This document shows positions 1 to 10,722 of a DNA stretch of 32,000 nucleotides, piece by piece (the first letter of the stretch is position 1; each line of letters begins with the position of its first letter). The stretch is from Longivirga aurantiaca. Lineage in GTDB: Bacteria > Actinomycetota > Actinomycetes > S36-B12 > CAIYMF01. The notes below the pieces were generated by a model. That model ran no database searches, had not been told where the DNA came from, and worked only from the letters and a program-made list of their open reading frames with translations. Where the stretch lies: positions 2,265,604-2,297,603 of the forward strand of contig NZ_JBHSTI010000008.1 of assembly GCF_042660085.1 (NCBI RefSeq). The letters run 5' to 3'. Position numbers and translations under genes: made by a program.

Positions 1-321
1 GCCGCGGCCGCGCTCATGACCGGGCGGCGGCGCCCCACCGGGATCTTCGCGGTGAGCGATGCGCTCGCCCTCGGGGTGCTGGGTGCCGCTGCGGACGCCG
101 ACCTGCACGTGCCGGGCGACGTCTCGGTCGTCGGGTTCGATGGGATCGACGAGGCCGGCTACAGCCGGCCGCCGCTCACGACCGTCGCGCAGGATCTGCG
201 CGCCCAGGGGCGCCTCGCGGGCACCGCCGCGCTCACCCTGCTCGAGGGCAGTCCGGTACAGATTCCGAGGACCGTGCCCGAGCTCGTGGTGCGGGCGAGC
301 ACCGCTCCCCCGCGTCGCTGA
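1..321 (+). CDS. LacI-family transcriptional regulator, C-terminal fragment (5' end outside window)
   Basis: Frame is open from base 1; typical periplasmic-binding-like C-terminus 'TGIFAVSDALALGVLGAAADADLHVPGDVSVVGFDGIDEAGY..PPLTTVAQD'. Confidence 0.88.
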   Translation, partial: AAAALMTGRRRPTGIFAVSDALALGVLGAAADADLHVPGDVSVVGFDGIDEAGYSRPPLTTVAQDLRAQGRLAGTAALTLLEGSPVQIPRTVPELVVRASTAPPRR

Positions 322-672
322 TCAGCCCTGCAGCAGCTCGGGGTCGGACAGCCCGTCGTCCTCGCGTGCGGGCTGGGCCCGGAGTGCGGCGGAGCGGTCG
401 AGCACGCCGTCGGCGACGAACGAGGCCACGACTCCCGCGCCGCACAGGATGCACAGCGCGATGGAGATGACCCCCAGCACCGGGGTCCCGGCGAGGAGCA
501 CATCGGTGATCGCGCTGCGCGAGCTCCGGATGATCTCGCCCGTCTCCGGGTCGATGTCCGGGATGTCGGAGATCGCGTTGAAGGTCGTCGCCGAGAGCAC
601 GGCGAAGGCGAGGATCCCGAGGAGGCCGAACACCACGGCTGCGAGGACGAGACGACGACGAAGACCTGACAT
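322..672 (-). CDS. Small two-TM membrane protein of unknown function
   Basis: 116-aa ORF with two hydrophobic segments (LVLAAVVFGLLGILAFAVLSA; VLGVISIALCILCGAGVVASFV); convergent with the LacI fragment. Confidence 0.6.
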   Translation of the reverse strand: MSGLRRRLVLAAVVFGLLGILAFAVLSATTFNAISDIPDIDPETGEIIRSSRSAITDVLLAGTPVLGVISIALCILCGAGVVASFVADGVLDRSAALRAQPAREDDGLSDPELLQG

Positions 673-753
673 GTGGCACCCCCCGGTGCCGGCGGTCCCT
701 CCGCCGACGCCCCGACCGTAGTGCAGGTGGGGTGCCGGATGCCTCAGCGACGC

Positions 754-1410
754 TCAGCGGCTGGTGGGCACGACCGAGAGGCGCACAGGGCCGGCGCTGT
801 TGCGCACGAAGACCTGCCCCGCGGGGGTCACGAGGCGCTTCCACCCCGTGGTGGTGCCGGTCTCGATGCGGGCACCGGGATGGGTGAGGAAGCCGAGCAG
901 CCGCGCGGCATGCAGAGCGCGCATCGGCACGCCGCCCCAGCCTGCGGCGTCCCACGCGGCCTCGGCCACGAGCTCGGCGTGGAACGAGCCGTTGCTCGGC
1001 ACCGCGGCGCGGAACGCGGCGACCGCGGCGTCCACCTTGGGCGTCACGTCGCCGGCCATGCCGCGCTCGCCCGGGCTCCACGGCGTACGCGGTGGCAGCA
1101 CCGCGAGCGACGCCGATCCGGTGACGGGGTCGGGGATGACGACGTCGGTCTCCGGCGCCAGCCGGGCGACGTCGCCGATCACGTCGCGCAGACGTCCGGC
1201 CGACACCGTGGTGTCGATCGAGTCCTCGACCGGGTGCACCAGGGGCAGCGCGACGAGGACGAGCACGTCCATCGGGCTCGGGCCGTAGACGCCGACGACG
1301 CCCCCGCGCGCCTGCAGCCGGACGGCTGAGCGCTCGTCCCACGAGACGAGACGGCCGAGGTACGCCGCGAGGTACGCGACCTCGTCCTTGGCCAGCCTGA
1401 GCGTCGTCAC
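754..1410 (-). CDS. Conserved-looking hypothetical protein
   Basis: 218-aa ORF in the same direction as the downstream genes; no motif recognised. Confidence 0.6.
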   Translation of the reverse strand: MTTLRLAKDEVAYLAAYLGRLVSWDERSAVRLQARGGVVGVYGPSPMDVLVLVALPLVHPVEDSIDTTVSAGRLRDVIGDVARLAPETDVVIPDPVTGSASLAVLPPRTPWSPGERGMAGDVTPKVDAAVAAFRAAVPSNGSFHAELVAEAAWDAAGWGGVPMRALHAARLLGFLTHPGARIETGTTTGWKRLVTPAGQVFVRNSAGPVRLSVVPTSR

Positions 1411-1847
1411 GGGGGCAACCCTGTCAGGAAGCCGGACCGTCCGCGAACTGTGCGAGGTAGCCGCGCAACGAGTCGTCGAGCGGGGCGGGCCGCATGCTCC
1501 CGTTGTCGACCTGCACGAGCACGGACCGCCCGACGGCGTAGACCGTGTCGCCCTCGGGCTCGCGGATCTCGTGGACGAACGTGTACGACGTCGTGCCGAT
1601 GCGCTCGACCCAGGTGTCGACGGCGATCGGCTCGTCCCGGTGGTTGAGCACCGCGCGGTAGTCGAGCTCGAGCCGGGCCACCACGGTGTCCTGCTGCGGA
1701 TGCCGGAGCCCGCCCCGCCACCGCAGGATGATCTCCATGCGGGCCTCCTGCAGGTACGTCGCGTAGACGACGTTGTTCACATGGCCGAGCCAGTCGAGGT
1801 CGGCCGTGCGGGTCTGCAGCAGGTAGCGGTGGCGGGCCACGGGCGCG

Positions 1848-3545
<1,698 letters not shown>

Positions 3546-3598
3546 GGGCCGACAGCCTACGGGAGCGGGAGGCCATGGCCTCGCCAGCCCACCTGGGC

Positions 3599-3639
3599 CG
3601 GAGGCCCGGTGGAGGCACCTCGTCCCCGCCGGGCCTCCG
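3599..3639 (-). terminator. Candidate terminator hairpin downstream of ssb
   Basis: 11-bp perfect inverted repeat CGGAGGCCCGG...CCGGGCCTCCG with 19-nt loop, just past the ssb stop; no U-tract. Confidence 0.4.
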
Positions 3640-3644
3640 CCCGG

Positions 3645-4082
3645 TCAGGCGGCGGCGCCTGAGTGCTCGACCACGACGGTCTCGGGCTCGGCTACGCCGG
3701 ACGTACCGGCGACGTCCGCCGTCTGCGGGCCGCGTGGCGCCCGCTCGAACCGGGCTCGCCCCCACGACAGGTCGTGCCCGATGGCATCGGCCTCGACCTC
3801 GACCACGGTGTGGCTCTGCCCGTCCTTCTCGTACTCCCGCTGGCGGAGCCGGCCGACCACGAGCACGGGCTGGCCGAGCGCCAGCGAGTCGGCCACGTGC
3901 TCGGCGAGCCGTCGCCACGCCGAGACCTGGAGGTAGACCGTGCGGCTGCGCCACTGCCCCGACTTCTTGTCGAACCAGTCGTCGTTCACTGCCATCCGGA
4001 AGTTGGCCACGGCGCCGCCCGCGGTCGCCCGCAGGGTGACGTTGCTCGTGAGGTTGCCGGCCAGGGTGAGGGTGGAGCGCAC
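3645..4082 (-). CDS. ssb: Single-stranded DNA-binding protein
   Basis: OB-fold SSB sequence 'VRSTLTLAGNLTSNVTLR...VANFRMAVNDDWFDKKSGQW...VYLQVSAWRRLAEHVADSLALGQPVLVVGRLRQREYEKDGQ'; GTG start at 4082 chosen because the longer ORF runs through the tRNA region. Confidence 0.85.
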   Translation of the reverse strand: MRSTLTLAGNLTSNVTLRATAGGAVANFRMAVNDDWFDKKSGQWRSRTVYLQVSAWRRLAEHVADSLALGQPVLVVGRLRQREYEKDGQSHTVVEVEADAIGHDLSWGRARFERAPRGPQTADVAGTSGVAEPETVVVEHSGAAA

Positions 4083-4262
4083 GGTGACCTCCGTGTGCCG
4101 GGGCCGCCCGCTGCGACCCGCCTGCGGCCGACGATGGCCCCGCTCCTCCCCCGCCGCCGGCCGCGGGCGCGAGCGCCTGTGGACGACGCACCGCGCGGCC
4201 GTGCCTGGGGAACGACGACGTGTCCCGGGCACGGCACAATGTGTGCGGGCCGCAGGGCCCAG

Positions 4263-4335
4263 GCGCCCGTAGCTCAATGGATAGAGCAGCCGGTTTCTAC
4301 CCGGCTGGTTGGGGGTTCGAGTCCCTCCGGGCGCG
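4263..4335 (+). tRNA. tRNA-Arg, anticodon TCT
   Basis: Full cloverleaf: acceptor GCGCCCG/CGGGCGC, D-stem GCTC/GAGC, anticodon stem GCCGG-TTTCTAC-CCGGC, T-arm GGGGG-TTCGAGT-CCCTC (one G-T pair); anticodon TCT. Confidence 0.95.
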
Positions 4336-4397
4336 CCGGCCACCGGTCAGCTGCCCTCACCGAGTGCTGACCCTCGGCGCTGCGCCCACCGCTCGGC

Positions 4398-5411
4398 CTA
4401 GACGGCGTCCGGGTGGGAGCTGGCCGGGTCCAGCCGCACCGCGCCTGCGCCGTGCCCGAGGCGTTCGCGAAGCACCGCGCGATCGCCGGTGGCCGGCTCG
4501 GTGGTCGCGAGGAAGTCGAGCAGGGCGCGGGCGAAGCGCTCCGGCTCGTCCTGGTGGGGGAAGTGCCCGGACTGCTCGAACAGCTCGAGCCGGCTGCCGG
4601 CGATCCACTCGTGCGCGGCGTACGCGTGCGACACCGGGATGAGGCCGTCCTTCGCGCCCCAGACGATCAGCGTCGGCCGCCCGGTGCTCAGGTAGAGGCG
4701 GTCACTGGCGCTGATCCGCTGGCCGCCCGGGTCGATGACGCTGCGCACGGTGTGGACGAACGCCGTGCGGGCCGGAAGGTCGGCGAGGGACGCGTAGCCG
4801 CGCGCCGCCTCGAGCACGGACGGCGACGGCCGCACGGGGGACCATCGGAGCAGGCGTCCGACCGACGCGGCGGCGACGGCGATCCGATGGTGCGCGATCA
4901 CGGGGAGCACGAGCTCCGCGCCCGGGAGCGACGCCGCGCGCAGCACCCAGCTGACCTCGCGCCCGAGCCCGCCGCTGGCGACGAGGCCGAGGCGCTCGGT
5001 GTACTCGGGGAACTGGTAGGCGAACTGCATCGCCACGCCGCCCCCCAGCGAGTGGCCGACGACCGTCGCACTCGAGTGCCCGAGCTTCTCGAGCAGATCT
5101 CGCAGCCCTGCGGCGAAGGCACCGAGCGAGTAGTCGCCCCGCGGCTTGTCAGACTCCCCGTGCCCCAGGAGATCCGGGGCGATCACGTGCGCCTCGCGCG
5201 ACAGCGCGGACATGACGGGATCCCACGTCGCGCTGCTGCTCGTGAGGCCGTGCACGAGGACCAGCACCGGAAGGTCCGGGTCGCCCGCGACCCTGTAGGC
5301 GGTGCGATGACCGTGCAGCAGGGTCTCGGTGCGCCGCACCTCGGAGCCACCGACGTCAGCCATGCCCCCACCCTGCCACCCCGGGATCGTCGATGAGACC
5401 CGGGCGGTCAC
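4398..5411 (-). CDS. Alpha/beta hydrolase
   Basis: 'VLVLVHGLTSSSATWDPVMSAL', nucleophile elbow 'VVGHSLGGGVA', 'HFPHQDEPERFARALLDFL'; GTG start overlaps the stop of the upstream gene (GTGA); alternative ATG start at 5363. Confidence 0.88.
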   Translation of the reverse strand: MTARVSSTIPGWQGGGMADVGGSEVRRTETLLHGHRTAYRVAGDPDLPVLVLVHGLTSSSATWDPVMSALSREAHVIAPDLLGHGESDKPRGDYSLGAFAAGLRDLLEKLGHSSATVVGHSLGGGVAMQFAYQFPEYTERLGLVASGGLGREVSWVLRAASLPGAELVLPVIAHHRIAVAAASVGRLLRWSPVRPSPSVLEAARGYASLADLPARTAFVHTVRSVIDPGGQRISASDRLYLSTGRPTLIVWGAKDGLIPVSHAYAAHEWIAGSRLELFEQSGHFPHQDEPERFARALLDFLATTEPATGDRAVLRERLGHGAGAVRLDPASSHPDAV

Positions 5412-7468
5412 ACCGCTGCGGGCACTCCCTCACGCGCCCGCAGCGCGCGCTCGCGCACCCGGGCGATGTCGGCGTCGGTGTAGGCGCCGTTCACACCGGA
5501 GATCACGGCGAGCTGCATGCCGTGCTTGAGGCCGAGCTTGTAGATCTCCTTGACCTTCTCCCACTCGATCTCGCGCCCGACGGTGAAGGTCTCGTAGCGG
5601 CCCTCGAGCGCCAGTACGACGGTCTCGGCCAGGCAGGCGTACGCGACCCCCGGGGGCAGTCCGATGCTGCGCATCCGGACGTCGCCGGGCAGCTCGATCT
5701 CGCCGGACTCGATCACGAGCACGTCGGGTCGCTTCGCGACGTCCTCGGCCGACAGGTCGAGCGGGCGTGCGACGTCGGTGATCACGCAGCCGGGCTTGAC
5801 CTTCATGATGTCGAGCACCCGCTTGCCCGCCCCCGAGGTCGCCGTGACCACGAGATCGACATCCGGCAGGTGCCTCTCGGCGGTCGCGGCGATGTGGATG
5901 GTCGCGCGGTGGTCGGAGCGCTCGATGTCGTGCTTGAGCGCCAGGAGCTTGGCCGACTCCGGCGAGACCAGCCACAGCTCATCGCACGACAGCGCGAGCA
6001 GTCGGGCGCAGACCGAGCCGATCGAGCCGGTCGCCCCCACCACCATGGCGTGTGCGAGGAGTCGACCGTCGGCGTCCCGCTCCACGAGGCCGAGCCGCAC
6101 CACTGCGTCGTGCGCGGCCCACAGCGCGCCCGCCGCGCTGTAGCTGTTGCCCGTCGTGACCGGCAGGGGTGCCTGTCGAGCGACGGTGACTCCGGCGTCG
6201 CCCACCACCTTGGTGAACGCGCCGAGACCCATCACCTGCGCCCCGTGCTTGCGGGCGGTCTCGGCGGCTGCGAGCAGCCGCCCGTAGGTGAACTCCGGGC
6301 TGTGGGCCATCAGCTCCCTCGGCGTGCCGCCGACCGAGATGAGCCAGCCCTCCGCCTCAGCCCCCGTGGGTGACTTGATCCCCGTGACGTGGCCGTAGGT
6401 GAACGGTGGGAGGTACGCCACCGCCTTCTCCACCACGTCGAGCACCACCGGCGGCGCATGCCGGACGACGGTCGCCAGCGGCTCGACGTTGCGGAAGAAG
6501 TCCTGGGACAGCGGATGGATCACGAAGGCGAAGCGACTCTTGCGACGAGGGCCGTTGGGTGAGAGAACCCGTGGCGCCAGGCCGGCGGCCACGATCCGGT
6601 CGAGCAGGTCATCCTCGCTCAGGCTGCCCTCCGCCGTCGACGTGGCGATCATCAGCGCCTCGAGGACGGCAGCCGTCACGGTGAACGAGAAGGGCTGCGG
6701 TGTCGAGTCGATGACCATGTCGACGTCGCGGGCCGCGAGGTCGGCCAGCCGGTGGTCGGACACGGCCGAGGTCACGACGGTCTTGCCCGCGAGGTCGGCG
6801 AGGCGGACGGCGGCCAGCTCGTCGAAGGTCGCCACGATGACATCGCAGCTGCGAGCGCTCCGGCGCGCCGCGTCGGTGCTCAAGTACTGCCCCGGCGCGA
6901 GCGCGCGGGACGCCAGGCCCTCGGGAACGGACCCGCCCAGGACGGCGAGCAGCGACGCCGCCGGCGCCAGGAGCGGCGTCGCCCTCAGGCGGCCGTCGAC
7001 GTCGAGCCGGCGCAGCAGGTCGGCGTAGACGATGTTGGACGTGTGCTCGCGCAGGACCTGCACCGCGCGCTCGTGATTCGCCCCGCCGAGCACCACGGTG
7101 CGGGCATTGGTGAAGTACCCGGGCATCTCGGCTTGGACATGACGCACCGCCCAGTCCTGCAGTACGCCGTGCAGCTGCCGGCCGTCCGTCACGGGCACGC
7201 CGCCCGCTGCACCGCGCAGGCGCTCCACGACCTCGGGTGCGCCGTCACGCCGTCCGCCGCCCCGGCCCTCCCAGATGCCGGTCACCGCGATGGCGGCCGC
7301 CTCCGGCGCCCACTTGGCGACCAGCGACTCGGCGGCCGCCTCGTCGCCGTCCGTGCCCAGGCGGACGATCCGGAACGCGCGATCCAGGAAGCGCACGTGC
7401 TGGTCGTAGTCCTCGTCGGACCCGGCGAGGCTCACCACCAGCACCAGCTGGACGGCCGGCTCGGTCAT
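5408..7468 (-). CDS. Two-domain protein with C-terminal cyanobacterial acyl-[ACP] reductase (AAR)-like domain
   Basis: C-terminal half contains AAR-like blocks: 'FAFVIHPLS', 'VMGLGAFTKVV', 'TTGNSYSAAGAL', Rossmann 'VVGATGSIGSVCARLL', and 'VAYACLAETVVLALEGRYETFTVGREIE', resembling the AAR catalytic-Cys segment '[25 protein letters not shown]'. N-terminal ~330 aa unassigned. ATG at 7468 chosen over the longer ORF. Confidence 0.72.
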   Translation of the reverse strand: MTEPAVQLVLVVSLAGSDEDYDQHVRFLDRAFRIVRLGTDGDEAAAESLVAKWAPEAAAIAVTGIWEGRGGGRRDGAPEVVERLRGAAGGVPVTDGRQLHGVLQDWAVRHVQAEMPGYFTNARTVVLGGANHERAVQVLREHTSNIVYADLLRRLDVDGRLRATPLLAPAASLLAVLGGSVPEGLASRALAPGQYLSTDAARRSARSCDVIVATFDELAAVRLADLAGKTVVTSAVSDHRLADLAARDVDMVIDSTPQPFSFTVTAAVLEALMIATSTAEGSLSEDDLLDRIVAAGLAPRVLSPNGPRRKSRFAFVIHPLSQDFFRNVEPLATVVRHAPPVVLDVVEKAVAYLPPFTYGHVTGIKSPTGAEAEGWLISVGGTPRELMAHSPEFTYGRLLAAAETARKHGAQVMGLGAFTKVVGDAGVTVARQAPLPVTTGNSYSAAGALWAAHDAVVRLGLVERDADGRLLAHAMVVGATGSIGSVCARLLALSCDELWLVSPESAKLLALKHDIERSDHRATIHIAATAERHLPDVDLVVTATSGAGKRVLDIMKVKPGCVITDVARPLDLSAEDVAKRPDVLVIESGEIELPGDVRMRSIGLPPGVAYACLAETVVLALEGRYETFTVGREIEWEKVKEIYKLGLKHGMQLAVISGVNGAYTDADIARVRERALRAREGVPAAV

Positions 7469-7529
7469 CGTTGCGGCTCCTCGCTGCTCGGGGGTCGGTG
7501 CGGTGGACGGCGACGTCGAGGCTGGGCGC

Positions 7530-8627
7530 TCACACCATCGCCGCCGAGCCCACCTCGGGATGGTCCGCCATGAAGTCCAGGAGCGTGTCCGCATAGTCGG
7601 CGAACGCCGGGCACCGCACGCCCGTCCCCTGGAGGTCGCGCTCCGTGGCTGTGGTGGAGTACGTCGTACTCGAGGCGAAGTAGTCCAGGCCCTCGGCGGG
7701 GATCCCCAGGAGCCGCTCGAGACCGGGAATGCCGCCCAGCAGGGTGCGGGCGAGCCTCAGAGGCAGCGGCACCCAGACCACGCGCTTGCCCAGGTGGTGG
7801 GCGAACGTGTCGACGAGCGTGCGCACCGTGGGTGGGTGTGGGTCGGTCAACGCGTACGTGCGCCCCAGCGAGCAGTCCAGGACCGACAGCTCGTCCATCG
7901 CTCGGATCACGAAGTCGCGCGGCACCAGGGAGATGCGCACCCTGTCGGCGTCGCCGACTGCCGGCACCACAGCGATCGGACCCTGCCGCCGCAGGAAGGA
8001 CGCCAGGAAGTAAGGACCGTCGTACTTCTGGGTCGCGCCCGAGACGGAGTCGCCCACGACGATGCCCGGTCGGTAGATCGTGGCGGGGAGGCCTCCTGCC
8101 ATCGCCTTGCGCACGAGCATCTCGGCGTCGAACTTGGTCGCCTCGTAGTGATTGAGGAACGACTGGCCCTCATCGAGGGAGTCCTCGGCGAACACCCCGT
8201 CGTACCGGCCGCTCACGTAGCACGTGCTGACGTACTGGAGACGTGACAGACCGCGGAGCGCGGCGCAGACCTCGAGCACGCGGGCGGTGCCCTCCACGTT
8301 GACCCTGCGTGCCAGCTGCTCCCCGACGGTCAGGTCGTAGACGGCGGCCAGGTGCCATACCTCGCTGACGTCAGCGAGGCCTGCTCGGTCGTCCGCCCGG
8401 AGCCCGAGCCACGGCTCGGTGATGTCGCCCTCGACGACGACGACCCGGCCGGCCAGGTCCGGCTCGGACGCGACGAGCTCATCCACCCGGTGGCGGGCCG
8501 TGGTCAGATGCTGGGCCTGGACGACGCAGAGGGCGCGAGCGCCGTCGCGTCGCGCGAGCAGCCGCGGGAGCAGGGCGGAGGCCAGGAATCCCGGGAAACC
8601 GGTCACGAGGATGTCGGACATGCTCAT
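7530..8627 (-). CDS. NAD(P)-dependent SDR, fatty acyl-CoA reductase / thioester-reductase-like
   Basis: 'ILVTGFPGFLASALLPRLL', 'VVVVEGDIT', 'VWHLAAVYDL', 'VNVEGTARVLEVC', 'YVSTCYVSG', catalytic YxxxK 'YEATKFDAE', 'ATIYRPGIVVGDS'. Confidence 0.82.
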   Translation of the reverse strand: MSMSDILVTGFPGFLASALLPRLLARRDGARALCVVQAQHLTTARHRVDELVASEPDLAGRVVVVEGDITEPWLGLRADDRAGLADVSEVWHLAAVYDLTVGEQLARRVNVEGTARVLEVCAALRGLSRLQYVSTCYVSGRYDGVFAEDSLDEGQSFLNHYEATKFDAEMLVRKAMAGGLPATIYRPGIVVGDSVSGATQKYDGPYFLASFLRRQGPIAVVPAVGDADRVRISLVPRDFVIRAMDELSVLDCSLGRTYALTDPHPPTVRTLVDTFAHHLGKRVVWVPLPLRLARTLLGGIPGLERLLGIPAEGLDYFASSTTYSTTATERDLQGTGVRCPAFADYADTLLDFMADHPEVGSAAMV

Positions 8628-8965
8628 CGCCTTCTCACGGGCGCGGTCCCCCACCGAGAGCGGCAGGCCGGACCGTGGCCCGGCCTTCATTCTCACGCGG
8701 GTTCGACGCGGTGTCGCGCGTCCTGCCGACGGTGAGACCGACGACACCCGGCGATCAGCCATCTGCCTCCCCCCGACGTCGATGGCCCCGCTACGCACGG
8801 CTTCGCCCCGGCACCCGTCCCGTGCGGTTGCGGCGACCGGCCGGCTCTGGATACGGCGGAGAGCCTGCACTCGGCGCGGCACGGTGGCCCTTCCTGCCGA
8901 GGCGGTTCGCCTCGGAGCGCCGGGCCGGGTCGCGTCCCACCCCGTGGTCCGTGATTCCTCCTCGA

Positions 8966-9009
8966 CCGGGGGCCCGCAGCCGCAGGCATCCGGGTGGAAC
9001 CCGGCCCCC
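8966..9009 (-). terminator. Weak candidate terminator hairpin downstream of the AGE-family epimerase gene
   Basis: CCGGGT-GGA-ACCCGG inverted repeat at 8990-9004 flanked by a G-run and a C-run that can extend pairing. Confidence 0.3.
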
Positions 9010-9071
9010 GTACGGCCGCACCCAGGTGTCGCGAATCGATCGCGTCGACCCTGACGGAGCGGATCGAGGGG

Positions 9072-10298
9072 TCAGCCGACGACGCGGTCGCGGACGGCGA
9101 CGGCGAGGCCGGGGGCGAGCGGCAGCGGCGGCAGGAGCGCGATCTGCAGGGCGTGGTAGACGTCCGGACGGCCGGTCCAGGTGAGCGCCAGCGGCTCGTT
9201 GGCGGGCGACACCTCGTGCCGCCAGCCCCCGCCGCCCGCGAGGTCGGCGAAGTGCTCGACCGCGAAGTCCCAGACCTCGGCGTACCACTGCTCCCAGCGG
9301 GGGTCGCCGGTGGCGCGGTGCAGCGCCCACGCCGCGCCGATCGCCTCGCAGGCCACCCAGTGGAAGCGCTCGCGCACCACAGGGACACCGTCCTGGTCGG
9401 TCGTGTAGACGAAGCCGCCGCGCTCGACGTCCCAGGCGTCGGCCCGCGCCGTCTCCACCAGACCCACGGCCGCGTCGTCCAGCCAGGCCGGCGCCTCCGG
9501 GTCCGCAGCACGCAGGGCCAGGAGGAGGCGCGCCCACTCGAACGCGTGGCCCGGCGTCGCGCCGTACGGGCGGAAGGGGTGGCGCGGCTGGTCGAGGTTG
9601 TAGTCGGGCAGCGGTTGCCACGCGGTGTCGAAGTGCTCCGGGATGCGCCAGGAGCTCTCCCGCGCTGCCGTCATCATCCGCACGCACACGTCGGTCGCGC
9701 GCCGGCGCCACTGCGGGTCGCCGGTCGCGTCGGACGCGGCGAGGAACACCTCCACCAGGTGCATCGAGGCGTTGCCGCCGCGGTACTCCTCGCGGTCGCC
9801 CCAGGCGACGTCGTACGACTCGTACGGCATGCGCATCTCGTCGTCCCAGAAGTGCTCGAGCACCACTGCGAGCGCCTCGTCGAGCAGCTCGCGCGCTCCG
9901 GGACGGCCCGCGACGAGCGCGCTCGAGGCGGCCAGGACGACGAACGCGTGGCCGTACGCCTCCTTGCGCCCCTGGCCCCGGGCATCCGCGTCGGCGAACC
10001 ATCCGCCGTGCACCTCGTCGCGGTACGTCGTGCGCAGCGCCTCGAGACCGCGGTCGACGGCCTCGGCGCACCCGGCGCGACCCCGAAGCGCGCCGAGGGC
10101 GAGGCAGTGGATCATCCGGCAGCCGATCCACAGCGGTCGCCCCTTTGCGGGGTCGAGGCTGCCGTCGTCGGCACGCCACCCGAACCCGCCGTCGGACCGT
10201 TCGGATCCGAGCGCCCAGTCGAGCAGGCGGTCGGCCTCACGGTCGAGCCAGGCGACGTGCTCGGCACCCTCCGGCGTCGCGACGTCGAACAGGCTCAT
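9072..10298 (-). CDS. N-acylglucosamine 2-epimerase (AGE) family sugar epimerase/isomerase
   Basis: (alpha/alpha)6 barrel-type motifs: 'YRDEVHGGWF', 'KEAYGHAFVVLAAS', 'YRGGNASMHLVEVFLAA', 'RPYGATPGHAFEWARLLL', 'RERFHWVACEAIGAAWAL'. Confidence 0.82.
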   Translation of the reverse strand: MSLFDVATPEGAEHVAWLDREADRLLDWALGSERSDGGFGWRADDGSLDPAKGRPLWIGCRMIHCLALGALRGRAGCAEAVDRGLEALRTTYRDEVHGGWFADADARGQGRKEAYGHAFVVLAASSALVAGRPGARELLDEALAVVLEHFWDDEMRMPYESYDVAWGDREEYRGGNASMHLVEVFLAASDATGDPQWRRRATDVCVRMMTAARESSWRIPEHFDTAWQPLPDYNLDQPRHPFRPYGATPGHAFEWARLLLALRAADPEAPAWLDDAAVGLVETARADAWDVERGGFVYTTDQDGVPVVRERFHWVACEAIGAAWALHRATGDPRWEQWYAEVWDFAVEHFADLAGGGGWRHEVSPANEPLALTWTGRPDVYHALQIALLPPLPLAPGLAVAVRDRVVG

Positions 10299-10365
10299 GC
10301 GGACCTCCGGCGCAGTGCGCCGGCCGGTCCGACGCGATCCGGGCCATCCTGCCCGAGCAGGACCG

Positions 10366-10500
10366 TCAGGGCGTGGCGCTCATCGTGGTCGGTGGCGGCG
10401 GATCGGGCACCGAGCCCATCGGCTCCAGGAGCAGCGCGACGACGCATGCCGCGAGGATCGGTGGCACGACCACGCGCGCCAGATCACGATCGACATTCAT
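10366..10500 (-). CDS. Possible 44-aa small membrane peptide
   Basis: ATG..TGA frame encoding MNVDRDLARVVVPPILAACVVALLLEPMGSVPDPPPPTTMSATP, with one hydrophobic segment and a G-rich stretch upstream of the ATG. Confidence 0.3.
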   Translation of the reverse strand: MNVDRDLARVVVPPILAACVVALLLEPMGSVPDPPPPTTMSATP

Positions 10501-10722
10501 GTGAGCAACCCCCGTTGGCGGCCGTGGGAGGATGGCCTCTCACCGTCATCATCGGCAGATGGCGCGCGGCCCTGTTGCCGTGCACGGTCGGTATCTGGTC
10601 CAGAACGCCGGTTCAGGATCTGCTGCGACTCCCGACGTTCATCCCGACGTCAGCCCGGGTACACCTGCGTCGGGCCAGATGGGTCAGCCGGGCGACGCCG
10701 CGTCGCACGTGAGGGAGTGACG

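Noticed and set aside
4083-4343. N-terminal extension of the 232-aa ORF containing ssb
   Set aside because: It runs antisense through the tRNA-Arg gene; the recognisable SSB sequence starts at the GTG at 4082.
8628-9071. Possible extra gene in the ~440-bp gap between the SDR and epimerase genes
   Set aside because: The available ORFs are Arg/Pro-rich antisense-type readings without recognisable domains. The gap more likely holds a terminator for the epimerase gene and the promoter of the SDR operon.
10532-10720. 62-aa plus-strand ORF immediately upstream of the ATP-grasp gene
   Set aside because: The only G-rich RBS-like stretch abuts the ATG with no spacing, the composition is atypical, and no motif is present; its proximity to the next start is probably chance.
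9625-10722. N-terminal extension of the 752-aa plus-strand ORF ending at 11883
   Set aside because: The extension reads through DNA antisense to the AGE epimerase and is compositionally abnormal; the ATG at 10723 has a good RBS and the family-like sequence begins there.
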